A DNA stretch of 64,000 bases from Prasinococcaceae sp. CCMP 1430 (taxonomy: Eukaryota; Plantae; Prasinodermophyta), in assembly GCA_013416795.1 (NCBI GenBank), contig RQSC01000026.1:1-64000 (forward strand), in the 5' to 3' direction. Position numbers and translations under genes: made by a program. The notes beneath the pieces were generated by a model. The model was not told where the DNA came from. It saw only the letters and a list, made by a program, of their open reading frames with translations, and searched no databases. This document shows positions 1 through 12,066 of the stretch, piece after piece. Every line of letters begins with the position of its first letter. The first letter of the stretch is position 1.

Positions 1-107
1 CGCGAGGGCGGCGGCGCGGCGCTCGGCGCGGAGCCACGCCGAGCGCGCGCGCTCCAGGCGCTCCTCGTCGGCGTCCGGTGCGGCGGAGGCGCCCATCGCT
101 GCCGCTG

Positions 108-1150
<1,043 letters not shown>

Positions 1151-1421
1151 GTGTGTGTGTGTTGATTGGTGGTGTGTGGGGGGGTGGGTGGGGGATGGGG
1201 GAGGCGCGCGACGACTGGGCAGCCTGCTCCGATCGGAGGAGGGCCCATCGCGCGCTCCCGCGTCTCTTGGGGGTGTTGGAGAGGGTGCCGGGGTGTGCGA
1301 GGACTGCGCAGAGCGCTCTAAGTCATGTGTGCGCGCCTGGGCGCAGCGGAGTGGCGTGGCTAGCGTGGCGGTGCCGCAGGGTGTCCGAGTTCGAGCGCGA
1401 TGCGCGCCACCGCTTGGTGCT

Positions 1422-4157
1422 TTACCCGTCCGTTTTCTGGCGCTTGCTCGCGCGCATGCGCTCGAGCGCGCCCATGGCAGAGCCGCCGGCGCCCACGCCG
1501 ACCGCGCGCGGCTGCAGGCCGCCAAACACGGCGGCTGGCACCGGCAGCTGCTTCGGCGCTTCGGCCTCCTCCGCGCCGAGATCGCCGTCGAGGTCGATCT
1601 CCTCGTCGTTGGCCGCGGGGGCTGCGGCAGCGCCGCCGCCGCCTCCCCCTTCCATCGCCTCCATGGCGTCCAGGTCGATCTCCTCGGCGTTGGCGGGCGC
1701 TCCGGCGGCGCCGGCCTCCTCGGGCGGCTTCTGCTGTACCACGCCCGCACTGACGAAGCCGCTGAGGCTGGTCAGACCCGAACCAATGGCAGGCATCGCC
1801 GTGGCCGCCGCCGCGCGCGCGGCCTCGAGCGCCTGCATGGCGTCGCCGCCAGCAGCCTGCTGCTGCATCCCCCCCTGCTGCTCCCCGTCCTGCTGCTGCT
1901 GTTGCTGCTGCTGCTCCTGCAGCTTCTTGGCGGCCGGGTTTGTCATGATCGCCGCCGCCGAGTAGGCCGTCGACACGGAGCGCTTGATCCTGAGCATCTC
2001 CTTGAAGGTCTCCTCGTTTCCGTGCTGCACCTCGAAGTCGTTCCAGTCCTTCCAGAAGTCGGCCCCGCCCTGCGGGTCGGCGACGGAAGCCGCAGACACG
2101 AAGATGGCGCGCGCGCGGTCGATCTCGCCCAGCGACTTCTCGAGCGCGGCGTACCTGCGGCACATGTGCCGCACGTCCGCCTGCGGCATGTCGCTCTCGA
2201 TCGCATCCTCGTAGATTTCGCGAGTGCGCATGACGCCGTAGTATTCAGCGGCTCGCGCGATGTAGTGCTCGTAGACCGCGCGTTTGTCCTTGCCGGCCAC
2301 CGCGCGCGTCGCGCGGCGGTAGACGCCCATGGCGTGCTTTGCAAGCCCGTGCTTCTCCTCGAGCGCGCCGTACTCCAGGAAGAGCGGCTTGGCCTCCTCC
2401 GGAGGCGCCACCCCCACCGCCTGCTCGAAAAGGTCGCGCGCCCGCTCCAGCTTGGTGCCGCCGTACCGGGCAACGAACTTTCGCAGGTAGGTGGCCCAGA
2501 TCTCCTTGACCTGCGGGTACCGGAAGAGCGCCACGCCGCGCTCGTACAGCTTGAAGCTCTCCTCGAAGTACTTGTTTTCCTCCATGAAGGTGCAGAAGTT
2601 GAGAATGATCTGCGGCGTGGCGATGCGCAGGTCGAGCACGCGCTCGTACGCCTTGCGCACCGACGCGAACGTGCCCAGAGACTCCTCGAGGTCGATGTAG
2701 AAGCCCCACAGCTTGAGGCTCTTGCGCACGGCCGTCTGCGGGAACGACGCTTTGGTCTCACCCTTGGCGAGCACAGGATCATCCATGACCGCCCCGCGGC
2801 AGAGCGCGAGCGCGCCCTTGTAGTTCTTCTGCCGCAACTCCAGCTCGGCGAACGCGCACCACACGCCCGCGAGCTCCTCGGCAGCCCTGAACTTGACTTG
2901 CGTGGCCTTCTTGAACACCACGCGCGCGTTGGCCACGTCGCCATGCGCCTCGTAGAACTTCGCGAACTCCTCCCACAGCGTGCCGAGCCTCCCGACGGCC
3001 TTCGCGGGGTCGATCGCGCGCACAGCCTCGGAGAACGTGCGCACCTGCCTGGCGCCGTCGCCGTCGAAGAGCTTGACCCGCTTGCGCCACTCGTTCACGT
3101 TGTGCGGGTTCTGGCGCAGGCGCACGCTCGAGAGCAGCTCGGGCCGCCTGTCCATGAGCATCTCCAGCCGCGCCATGTACAGGTCGAGGTCCACCTCCGC
3201 GCCGAAGTCATCCACGTTCCACTCGCCATCGTCCGCCCCGCCACCCTGCTGCGCCGCCTGGGCGCCTTCGTCCTCGGTCTGCGCCTCGAGCATGGCCGTG
3301 ATCATCGACTCCTCGAACTGGGCGTACGCGTCGAAGACGAGCGAGAAGTCCGCCACGGTCATCACCTGGGACAGCGCCTCTTCGAACACATCGCGCGCGC
3401 GCTCGAACGCGGCCGAGCGGATGTAAAAGTCCGCGAGACCCGCCCACAGCCGCCCCACGCCCGTCTTGTGCGTGGTGATGCCGCTGCGCAGTATCGCGTC
3501 GACGTTGAGCGCGTGCATCTGCTCGGGGTGCGTGGTCACCAGCTCGCAGAGCTCCATCCAGAGCTCGTGCCGCGACTTGCCGCGCACCGACTGGAAGCCT
3601 TCGGCGTCCAGGCAGCCCGCGATCTGCACGGCCGCATCGCCGAACCGCCCCCGCGCCGCGAGAAGCGCGGCGTAGTCCTCCTTGGCCGCCGGGTCGAAGC
3701 GCACGTAGCGGCGGTACACGCGGAGGGCGGTGTCGGTGGGCACGAAGTCCTGCGTGACGAAGCGCACGTACACGTCCCAGACGCGCTCGTGCTGCGTGGG
3801 CGGGAGCGACGCGAGCGCTCGGTCGAGCACGCGCCGCGTCTTGGTGATGCGGCGCTGCGACGCCAGGTACTGCGCGTAGTGCAGCCAGATCCGCGGCATC
3901 TTGTGCAGGGTGACGAGCGCCCGCTCGAAGGCGCCGATGAGCGCGTCGTGAGCGTCGTCGTCGGGGCGCAGCGCGCGGTTGTGCCGGACGCGCTCCAGGA
4001 GGTACGCGTTCCATAGCTTGTACGAGCCCGGCAGAGCGCGCAGTGCGCGTTCGTACAGCACGCAGCGCTTGGCGAGCGGCGCGTCCGCGCGCGCGTCCAG
4101 GTAGCGCAGCCACGCGCGCACCGAGTACGGGTCGCGCAGCAGGTCCTGCTCGAACAC
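1422..4157 (-). CDS. SYF1: Pre-mRNA splicing factor SYF1/XAB2 (HAT/TPR repeats), intronless; true start unresolved
   Basis: Conserved motifs LLRDPYSVRAWLRYL, LPGSYKLW, HKMPRIW, VRLRQNPHNVNEW, SLKLWGFYIDLEESLG, GGTKLERARDLFEQA, EVQHGNEETFKEMLRIKRSV. Homology continues upstream (LLPDERDLVFEQD). Confidence 0.95.
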   Translation of the reverse strand: MFEQDLLRDPYSVRAWLRYLDARADAPLAKRCVLYERALRALPGSYKLWNAYLLERVRHNRALRPDDDAHDALIGAFERALVTLHKMPRIWLHYAQYLASQRRITKTRRVLDRALASLPPTQHERVWDVYVRFVTQDFVPTDTALRVYRRYVRFDPAAKEDYAALLAARGRFGDAAVQIAGCLDAEGFQSVRGKSRHELWMELCELVTTHPEQMHALNVDAILRSGITTHKTGVGRLWAGLADFYIRSAAFERARDVFEEALSQVMTVADFSLVFDAYAQFEESMITAMLEAQTEDEGAQAAQQGGGADDGEWNVDDFGAEVDLDLYMARLEMLMDRRPELLSSVRLRQNPHNVNEWRKRVKLFDGDGARQVRTFSEAVRAIDPAKAVGRLGTLWEEFAKFYEAHGDVANARVVFKKATQVKFRAAEELAGVWCAFAELELRQKNYKGALALCRGAVMDDPVLAKGETKASFPQTAVRKSLKLWGFYIDLEESLGTFASVRKAYERVLDLRIATPQIILNFCTFMEENKYFEESFKLYERGVALFRYPQVKEIWATYLRKFVARYGGTKLERARDLFEQAVGVAPPEEAKPLFLEYGALEEKHGLAKHAMGVYRRATRAVAGKDKRAVYEHYIARAAEYYGVMRTREIYEDAIESDMPQADVRHMCRRYAALEKSLGEIDRARAIFVSAASVADPQGGADFWKDWNDFEVQHGNEETFKEMLRIKRSVSTAYSAAAIMTNPAAKKLQEQQQQQQQQDGEQQGGMQQQAAGGDAMQALEAARAAAATAMPAIGSGLTSLSGFVSAGVVQQKPPEEAGAAGAPANAEEIDLDAMEAMEGGGGGGAAAAPAANDEEIDLDGDLGAEEAEAPKQLPVPAAVFGGLQPRAVGVGAGGSAMGALERMRASKRQKTDG

Positions 4158-4703
4158 CAGGTCGCGCTCGTCGGGGAGCAGCGCCGCCAGCGCCGCCGCG
4201 CCGCCCGCCGCCGCCGGACCGGGTGGCCGCGGCGCGAGGGCGCCCTCGCCGACCGCCGACGCCGCTGCGGCAGGCGCGGGAAGGGGACCCTTCCGCCCAC
4301 AAAAAGAGGGCGGAGGAGGTGCCCAGGGGAGCGCGCGGCGGCGGCGATCGATCCCGCGCCGAGGCGGTCCGAGCGCGCGCGCGCCGCTTCTCGCCGACCC
4401 GCCCCGCCCCGCCCCTCCTCTTCCCCTCCCCGCCCCTCCCCCAGCCGCACCGCCTCGAGGGGGAGGCGAGGCCGCCGCGCGCCGCCGCGCGCGCGCGCTG
4501 TGGCGCGCGCAACCTCAAAAAAAGAAAAAAAAGCGGCGGCGGCGTCGCTCTCTTACGTACGTGCGTTTTTTTTTCCCCCCCCCCCCCCCCCCGGCCGAAA
4601 ATTACGGAACTCGAAATTTCGCATGCGCGGTCAAAACGCGGACCTCCGCGGAGGCTTCGGAGGACGAAAAAGCGCTGAATGAAATTGAAATTGAAAATGA
4701 AAG

Positions 4704-4743
4704 TAAAAATCAAAAATCAAAATCAAAATCAAAATCAAAATCA
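4704..4743. repeat. (AAAATC)n hexamer run in the AT-rich SYF1/eIF5 divergent intergenic region
   Basis: aaaatcaaaaatcaaaatcaaaatcaaaatcaaaatca, seen directly. Confidence 0.85.
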
Positions 4744-4949
4744 GACGCGGCCGCGTGGCCGGAACGGCGGATTGCATTTCGTATGGTCTTTGAGTCACAA
4801 TCCGCGATAATATACATAGGAATGCATTGCTGTCGCGGCGGGAGGTGCGTTTTCGGCGCCCGGGCGGCCGCGGCGGCGGCTGCCGGTGCTGCTGCGGCGC
4901 GCTCCGCGCGCGCCGCCGCAGAGGTCGCGTAGGGTTCGGCTGCCGGTGC

Positions 4950-5018
4950 ATGGGCGCGGCGCGGGCAAGCGGGAGGACGGCGGGCGTAGCGGCGAGGAGC
5001 ACCGCGCGGCGGCGGTAG
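4950..5018 (+). promoter_or_regulatory. Candidate 22-codon uORF in the eIF5 leader
   Basis: ATG at 4950 with a pyrimidine at -3 (tgcATGg), stop TAG at 5016-5018. The main ATG at 5113 has a purine at -3. Confidence 0.45.
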
Positions 5019-5112
5019 CGCCGCGCAAGGCGCCGTCGGCGGCGCAGGAAAGGAAGAGTCGAGCGATCCACGCGACCGCACACGTGGCACAGCGCGCGCG
5101 CGCGCGCACGCC

Positions 5113-6480
5113 ATGTCGGGCATCGTCAACATCGGCGAGGCCAATGCGGGCGACCAGTTCTACCGCTACAAGATGCCGAAGCTGATCTCCAAGGTCGAAG
5201 GCCGAGGCAACGGCATCAAGACGTGCATTCCCAACATGGTCGACATCGCCAAGGCGCTGGCGCGCCCGGCGTCGTATACCACCAAGTATTTTGGCTGCGA
5301 GCTGGGCGCCCAGACGACCTTCAACGAGGACTCGGGCCGCGCCATCGTGAACGGGGCGCACACCGCGCAGGTGCTGTCCGGCCTGCTCGAGGGCTTCATC
5401 AACCGCTTCGTGCAGTGCGGCTCGTGCAAGAACCCGGAGACGGTGATGAGCGTGAAGAAGGGGATGATCAGGATGGACTGCAAGGCGTGCGGCGCGCGCA
5501 CCGATGTGGACATGCGCCACAAGCTGTGCACCTTCATCCTCAAGAACCCGCCCGCCAAGCCCGAGAAGAAGGACAAGAAGGACAAGAAGGACAAGGACAA
5601 GAAGCTCAAGAAGTCCAAGTCCAAGAAGAGCAAGGACGGCGACAATGACGGCGACGACGAGGAGCTGGTCGCCAAGGCCAAGGAGGCCGACGAGTTCCGC
5701 TCCGGCATCGGCATGTACGACGAAAACGCCGACGCCAACGACTATGCCCCGGAGCCCGTCGGCGGCGACGACGACGAGGAGGAGGTCGTGTGGGCCACCG
5801 ACACCTCTGCAGCAGCGCAGGCCGCGCGCGCCGCCGACCAGCTCACGGACGCCGCCGCGGAGCTCGTGTCGGAAGACAAGGAGGCCAAGGCCAAGGCCGC
5901 CGAGGAGGAGAAGGCCAAGGCCAAGGCTGAGAAAAAGGCCGCCAAGGCTGCCGCCAAGGCCGCCGCCGCCGCTGCCGCCGAGGAGGAGGAGGGCGAGGAC
6001 GACGACGAGGAACCTCAGATCGTCGTGGAGGCGCGCGCGTTCGCTGAGGATCACAGTGCGTCCGAGTTCGCCTCGCACATGGAGGCTCTGAAGCTCCCCT
6101 CGGAGCAGGAGAAGCTCGGGGTGGCGTTCCTGGCGCTGTTTGGTGCCGACCCTGCTGCCATCAAGAAGGAGCTCCCCCGCAAGAAGAAGTACTTGAAGAA
6201 GCTTTGTGCCAAGTCGCCCGAGAGCCAGAAGCTCCTGCTCGGCTGCATTGAGCATTTCTGCTGCGAGGTTGAGCCCGAGCTCATTCCGGCAATCGCCGTC
6301 ATCCTCAAGTTCTGCTACGACGAGGACATCGTCGAGGAGGAGGTCATCATTGAGTGGCACGCGGCCGGCTACAAGGCCAACCGTGCTCTCGGCATCGCCA
6401 AGGAGGATGGCAAGGCCATCCGCAAGGCTGCGGACGCGCTCGTCGAGTGGCTGCAGGAGGCCGAGGAGGACTCTGACTGA
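5113..6480 (+). CDS. eIF5: Eukaryotic translation initiation factor 5
   Basis: [31 protein letters not shown], Zn-finger CGSC...CKACG, and a C-terminal W2 domain ([10 protein letters not shown]). Confidence 0.97.
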   Translation: MSGIVNIGEANAGDQFYRYKMPKLISKVEGRGNGIKTCIPNMVDIAKALARPASYTTKYFGCELGAQTTFNEDSGRAIVNGAHTAQVLSGLLEGFINRFVQCGSCKNPETVMSVKKGMIRMDCKACGARTDVDMRHKLCTFILKNPPAKPEKKDKKDKKDKDKKLKKSKSKKSKDGDNDGDDEELVAKAKEADEFRSGIGMYDENADANDYAPEPVGGDDDEEEVVWATDTSAAAQAARAADQLTDAAAELVSEDKEAKAKAAEEEKAKAKAEKKAAKAAAKAAAAAAAEEEEGEDDDEEPQIVVEARAFAEDHSASEFASHMEALKLPSEQEKLGVAFLALFGADPAAIKKELPRKKKYLKKLCAKSPESQKLLLGCIEHFCCEVEPELIPAIAVILKFCYDEDIVEEEVIIEWHAAGYKANRALGIAKEDGKAIRKAADALVEWLQEAEEDSD

Positions 6481-6833
6481 GCGACGGCACCGCGAAGGCC
6501 TGGGCGCCTCGAGCGCCTGTCGAGCCGTGCTTTTGTGTGCGCCGGCGAGCGACGGCACGTCGTCACCGGTGGCGGGAAAGCTGCTGCTGCGGCATAATCG
6601 TAAGGCAGTTCCTTCCCCGACGACACGTACGCACACCCATGAGCGCACTACTACGCCGCGTGCCGCGCGGCCGCGCTGCTCGATGTGGCGCGTTGCACCG
6701 CGACACAAAATTGGTTCTGTACATGGGGGCGCGCCGGTCCGAGAGCTGCGCCGCCGCGTGCGCTGTGTGGGCGCGAGAGGGCGGTGATCGTGAGCGCGGA
6801 GCGCTTCGGGGACGCGATGGCGCGCGGAGCCGC

Positions 6834-7292
6834 TCATTGCTTCGTGGCCTTGGTGGGCTCGGCGGAGGCCAGCGAGCGGAAGTCATCGGCGCACTCCGCA
6901 TACGCCGAGCCGACGCCGCATCCCGCGCCGAACGCCATCGCAGCGACGCGGCCCGTCGTCGAGCCTGCAGGGCGCATGAGCGCCAGCAGCGCGCGGGCGA
7001 AACGCGCCAGGCAACGAGCGAGTCAGCGCCCGGCCGCAGCGGCGGTGTGGGTGTGGGCTGGTTAGGGAGAAGGTGGGAGGGGATGCTGGAGGACGGACGT
7101 AGGGATGCCGATCTCAGGCAGGCACTCGCTGGGAGGGCGGACGGAGTGGCGCAAGGAGGTGGCACGCTTGCGCGGACCGGCAGAGGGATGGGGGGCACCG
7201 CGCGAAACGCACCCGAGAAGACGGCACCTGCGGCCGCGCCCGAGAGGCCGCCGTAGAAGAGGCGGCGCATGGTGATGTCGATGGCCTTGTCC
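6834..7292 (-). CDS. MIC10: MICOS complex subunit Mic10 (exons 7292-7213 and 6964-6834; first exon not located)
   Basis: Spliced product (W)DKAIDITMRRLFYGGLSGAAAGAVFSGSTTGRVAAMAFGAGCGVGSAYAEC matches the plant Mic10 pattern, with two Gly-rich TM segments. Canonical GTGCGT donor, CAG acceptors and a CTGAC branch point. Missed by the ORF track. Confidence 0.8.
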
Positions 7293-7888
7293 CTGCGCGT
7301 GCGGGACGCAGGCGCCGACAACGGGGCGCGCGGGTCAGCGCGCGCTCCCCTGCCGCGCCGCGGATGTGTGTGTGTCGAAGGGGGGGGAAGGGGGGAAGCG
7401 GGAGAGAGGGTTGGGGGGAGTCAGCGCGTGCGTATGCGCGTGTTCATACTCCCCGTATTTTTTAGCCACAACCTTGAAAATACCCCGTATTTTCCCCCGT
7501 ATTTTTTCCCGTACTTTTTGCCCTACTTTGGCCCCCCTTGAAAATACTCCGTATTTTGCAGTATTTTTCAATTTGAGAAAATACTTTGACAGCCGTACAG
7601 ACCAACACGGCCTAGGAAGACCGGGCTCACACCTAGTCAGCCTCCGGGCTTGTCTGTCATCTGGCGGCAGATGACCCGCAAAGAGAAGTGGCATGAGCTT
7701 ATGCAGGATGCCCAACCCCAGGCTGTGGGGCCCACCAAGCGTGTGACTACACATGGTAAACATAGTGGGTCAGGCTGTGGTGCCCCCACCCGGCCTTCCA
7801 CTCGCGGATAGCTAGACTCATCCCACCCCCATCCCCACCCCCGCCGCCACCGCCCCTCGCCCTCGCCCCACTGCCGCAGCACCTGCTC

Positions 7889-7890
7889 CT

Positions 7891-7925
<35 letters not shown>
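7889..7925. repeat. (CAG)n trinucleotide run
   Basis: About 12 uninterrupted cag units, seen directly. Confidence 0.9.
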
Positions 7926-7926
<1 letters not shown>

Positions 7927-8263
7927 CTGCTTTTTTCTTTTTTCTTTTTGCGTCCTTTTTTGCGCGTCGTCTCGTCAAAAGGCTCGCGTTTGCACGCTCT
8001 CCGCATATATGCACATGCATTGCGACGGCAGACGCGATTGATCGGGAGGAGCCAGCGGTTGATTCGGGGGCGGAGGTGGGTCTGTCCGGTCGAATGCCCG
8101 GGTGTTCCTGCCCGACCCTGGTCTCGCCCGCCTTTCGAACGCGCGGGGGAATTTTTGCGCGCGCGTTCCCGCCTGGGGCGGGCGGGCGGGGAGATGGGGG
8201 GCGGCGGGGCGGCACTGCGCGCGCGCGGCAGGGGTTGGTGAGGCGCCGCGGCGCACGGCAGCG

Positions 8264-8999
8264 ATGGCGGACGCCGACGGCGAGCTCCCGCGCGCCAACG
8301 TGCGCAAGCTCGTCAAGGCGCGGCTCGCGGAGCTCGGCGCCGACGGCGACGGGCGCGACGTGCAGATCAACAAGGACGCGCTGGCGGCGTTCTCCGAGGC
8401 GGCGAAGATCTTCATCCACTACCTCACGTCGACGGCGAGCGACATGTGCCAGGAAACAAAGCGCTCGACGATCATCGCCGACGATGTGCTCAAGGCGATC
8501 GGCGAGCTGGACTTCGGCGATCTTGCGCCGCCACTCGAGGCGGCTCTGGAGAGTGCGTCCGGTGCGCCTTTGCACGTGTGCTGCCGCTGGCGCGCGGTAC
8601 CGCGCATCCTCCTCCCCTGGCCACCGCCGTCGTTCCTCGCTGCCGTCGCCATCGCATCGCGCGAGAGAGATGTAGCTACAGCTGCGCGCTTGTGACAAGT
8701 GCTGACACGCGTCCGTGCGCGCGATCGTAGCCTTCCGCACGCAGATGGCCGAGAGGAACAAGAAGAAGGCGGAAAGCATGAAGGCGACCAAGAAGCGGAA
8801 GGCGGAGGAAGCGGCGGCAGCGGCGGCGGAGCAGGAGGCGGGGGTGCAGGTGGCGGCAGCGGCGGAGCAGGGAGAAGCTGGGGGCGATGCAGCCGGCACG
8901 GTCGCACAGGAGGCGGCGATGCCCGCCGCGGAGCCCGAAACTGAGACGGATGCCGAGCCAGTCCAGGCCGCCGCCGAGCCTGCGCCGATGGAGACGTAG
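8264..8999 (+). CDS. DPB4: Histone-fold DNA polymerase epsilon subunit 3 / CHRAC17 (exons 8264-8552, 8731-8999)
   Basis: ELPRANVRKLVK...INKDALAAFSEAAKIFIHYLTSTA...KRSTIIADDVLKA is an NF-YB-type histone fold. The in-frame splice gives LETFRTQMAERNKKK. Confidence 0.85.
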
Positions 9000-9272
9000 G
9001 CGCGCGCCGCGCTGCGCTGCGCTCTAATGGTGCCTTTGTCCCCGGGCGCAGCGAGCCCCCGCGTGCGCGAGCGCGTGTGCGCCTCGTGCCGTGCGCGCGT
9101 GCACTTGTCGCCTCGCGCCGCCGCCGGGCCAAGGGCGGCTGGGGAGGGAGCGTGTGTATTTGGTGTTATTACAGTGGCGAGCTGTCCCCTGCCGGAGACG
9201 CGCGCACGGCGCGCGGCCCCACGGCGCGCGGTCGCATCCGTCGTCGCCGCCAGCAGGCGGGCCCGCGGCTTC

Positions 9273-9518
9273 CTAACTGATGCGCTCCAGCGCCTCCATG
9301 AGCACCACCGAGTTGCCGCGGATGACAACCATGCCAATCTCGTGGCGCTCCGCCGCGGAGATCTCCTCGACGGCGTTGTCGAGCACGAGGTTCATGAACG
9401 CGTCGAAGCCGCGCAGCACCCCAGTGACGTGACGGTTGGCGTTGAGCTTCACGCTGAGCTTCTTGTCCATGTACTTCTTGAGGTCCGCCGCCACGCCCAC
9501 CTTGCCCGTGCCCGACAT
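9273..9518 (-). CDS. SmG: Small nuclear ribonucleoprotein G
   Basis: [35 protein letters not shown]...[11 protein letters not shown] (Sm1/Sm2 motifs). Confidence 0.97.
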   Translation of the reverse strand: MSGTGKVGVAADLKKYMDKKLSVKLNANRHVTGVLRGFDAFMNLVLDNAVEEISAAERHEIGMVVIRGNSVVLMEALERIS

Positions 9519-9878
9519 GCTCCCCGCCGCCGCCCTCTCGCGCCTCCCGGCGGCGCCGCGCTCGGCCGCCGCCCGCCCGNNNNNNNNNNNNNNNNNNNNN
9601 NNNNNNNNNNNNNNNNNNNNNNNNNNNNNNNNNNNNNNNNNNNNNNNNNNNNNNNNNNNNNNNNNNNNNNNNNNNNNNNNNNNNNNNNNNNNNNNNNNNN
9701 NNNNNNNNNNNNNNNNNNNNNNNNNNNNNNNNNNNNNNNNNNNNNNNNNNNNNNNNNNNNNNNNNNNNNNNNNNNNNNNNNNNNNNNNNNNNNNNNNNNN
9801 NNNNNNNNNNNNNCACCCCCCTCCCGCATGTCCGCTCCCTCCTTGGCGCGCTCCCTGCCGCCGCCGCCGCCCGCGCAG

Positions 9879-10540
9879 GCCTGCGCTACGACGACCTCAT
9901 CGACCCCGAGATGGACATGGTGCGCCCGCGCGCGCGCGCGGCGCCCAGGGGCGCTCGTGCTGGCGCGGCGCGCTCGTGGCGCCGTTTAGGGTTGGCGATG
10001 CGCCAGAGGGGGCGCGCCGGGGGCGCATTGGTGGGGGGGAGGAGCAGGGTCGGCGCGGGGGGGCGCCCGCGCGCGCACCTCCGGCGTGTGGAGGAGGGGA
10101 CCTGGACGATGCCAACGGCAGCCCTGTCTCAAGGCGGCGCCCCGTGCTTCGCTGGCGCCCGCCCCGAGCGCCCCCGGAACGAAAATGATTGCGCAACGCG
10201 CCGCCGCCGCGGCACAGTGGAGGAGGAAGCGCCTTGCAGTGCGGCGCGACTGACCTCGCCATCCCCCAACCCCTACCGCGCCACGCGCCGCGCCGCACCG
10301 CGCCAGGACGCGCGCGAGGCGATGCGCCGCCTCGGCCCCGAGATCGAGATCGAGCGCAACCAGCGCATCAAGCGCGCGTTGGACCTGTCGATGAAGCACG
10401 TTGACCTCGACCCCGAGCTCCAGAAGCTGCAGACGCCGTTCGCATCGTACATGGAGAAGATGCTCGACCAGGTCAAGGACGAGTACGCTGAGCGCGAGGC
10501 GCTCGGGACGTCCAAACCGTACAACCGCCAGCTTCCGTAA
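9879..10540 (+). CDS. QCR7: Cytochrome bc1 complex subunit 7 (exons 9879-9919, 10307-10540; 5' exon probably in gap 9580-9813)
   Basis: GLRYDDLIDPEMDM|DAREAMRRL...ERNQRIKRALDLSMKH...QTPFASY...EREALG matches plant QCR7. Confidence 0.9.
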
Positions 10541-10552
10541 GCGACGGAGAGC

Positions 10553-12066
10553 CTATTTTTTGTTTACCTTATTCCACAGCGCCGCCCGGCGCTGAACCTG
10601 GTCGGCCTGGCTGCCATTGGGGGAGTTGGGCTCCTCGAGGAGCTCCTTGGCTTCGTAGCTGTTGATCACATAGCGTTCGGGGACTGACAGCTTGCAATTG
10701 TCGAGGGGGACCTGGCCCGTGCGGCAGGCGAGGTCATGCTCGAGCGCGGCGATGCGCAGCTCCTTCGCCGCCAGCTCCTTCTCGGAGCGCGAGTACAGCT
10801 CTGCGTCGCGCGCAGCCTGCTTGCACGCGCTGGCCAATTCGGCACTCTTGCGCTCCTCGGCGGCCTTGGCGCGCTCAAGGGCGGCGTCGGCTTCGGCCCG
10901 CTCGTTGGTGAGCCCCGCGACCTGGTCCCTGAGGGCGTCGGCCGTGGCTTGCAGCTCGTTCGTGGCGGACTCGGCGTCCTGCGCGGCCTGCTTGGCGACC
11001 TTAAGTTCGTCTACCACGCCGGCGAGCTTGAGATCTGTGGCGGAGCTCTCGTCGCGTGCAGCGGCGAGCGCCGCCTCCAGCTCCCTCAGGCGCCCGGCCG
11101 CGGCATCGCCCGCGGCAGTCGCCGCGCGCAGCTCGTCCTCCGTGGCCTCGAGGGCGTCGCCCTGCGCGCGCATCGATGCGCCGAGGCTCACGAGCTGGCG
11201 CTCGAGCGCCAGCACCTTCGCATGCGCCTCGTACTCCATCGCGCCATACATGTCCTCCGCTTTCGCGCGGAGGTTCTCGACGGCGGCCAGCTCGTTGCGC
11301 GCCGCTTCGGCCGCGAGCTGCGCCTGGTCGGCGCGCGCCGTCTCCTCCTCGAGGCGCTCCCAGCGCTTGGTCGCGTCGCTCTCGTTCGCCGCCAGTTGGT
11401 TCGTCGCCGCCCTGAGCTCCTTCTCCACTGCCGACAGGGCCTCTTTCGAGGCGGCGGCGCGCTGGTCGGCCTCCTCGACCGACTGGCCGAGTCGGGCGTT
11501 GCTGGCCTCGAGCGTCCTGTTGGCCGCCTCCAGACCGGCCTCGAGCACGCGCACGTCTGCGAGCTCTGACTCGACAGACTGGAGCTGGTCCCTGGCGTCC
11601 GCCAGCTCGGTCTTGAGTTTGGCGGCGTCCGCCTCGATCACTTTGAGCCTGGCGACGTCCGACCCGAGCTCCGCCGCGCGCGCCTCGGCGGACTTGATGG
11701 CGTCGGTGGCGCGCTCGAGGGCGGCCTCGACCTCCGGGAGCCGGGCGGCGTCCGCGGCGAACTTGGCGAGCCGGGCGGCGTCCGCCTCGAGCTCTCTCAC
11801 GCGCGCCTCGGCGGTGGCATTCACGTTGGACGCGCGCTCCAGGGCGGCCGCCGTCTCGCTCAGCTGCGACCCGATCGTCGTGAGGTTGTGCCTCTTCTCG
11901 GCCAGCTCCGTCTCGAGCGCCGCGGCTTGCGCCTCGGCCGCCTCGCGCGCTCGGGCCTCGACCCCCGCGCCGTCCGTCGCCGCCGTGAGCTGCGTCTGCA
12001 GCTCTCCCATTCGCGCGCGCAGGCCGCCGTTCGCGCGCAGCTGCACCGCAGCGACGGCCGCCGCCG
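10553..12066 (-). CDS. Long coiled-coil protein, 5' part lost in gap
   Basis: About 500 codons of Ala/Glu/Leu-rich heptad-like sequence with strong GC3 bias. No diagnostic domain. Confidence 0.7.

Noticed and set aside
7678-7700. AAAGAGAAGTGGCATG resembling the U6 ACAGAGA box
   Set aside because: The invariant ACAGAGA is mismatched and the flanking U6 sequence is absent.
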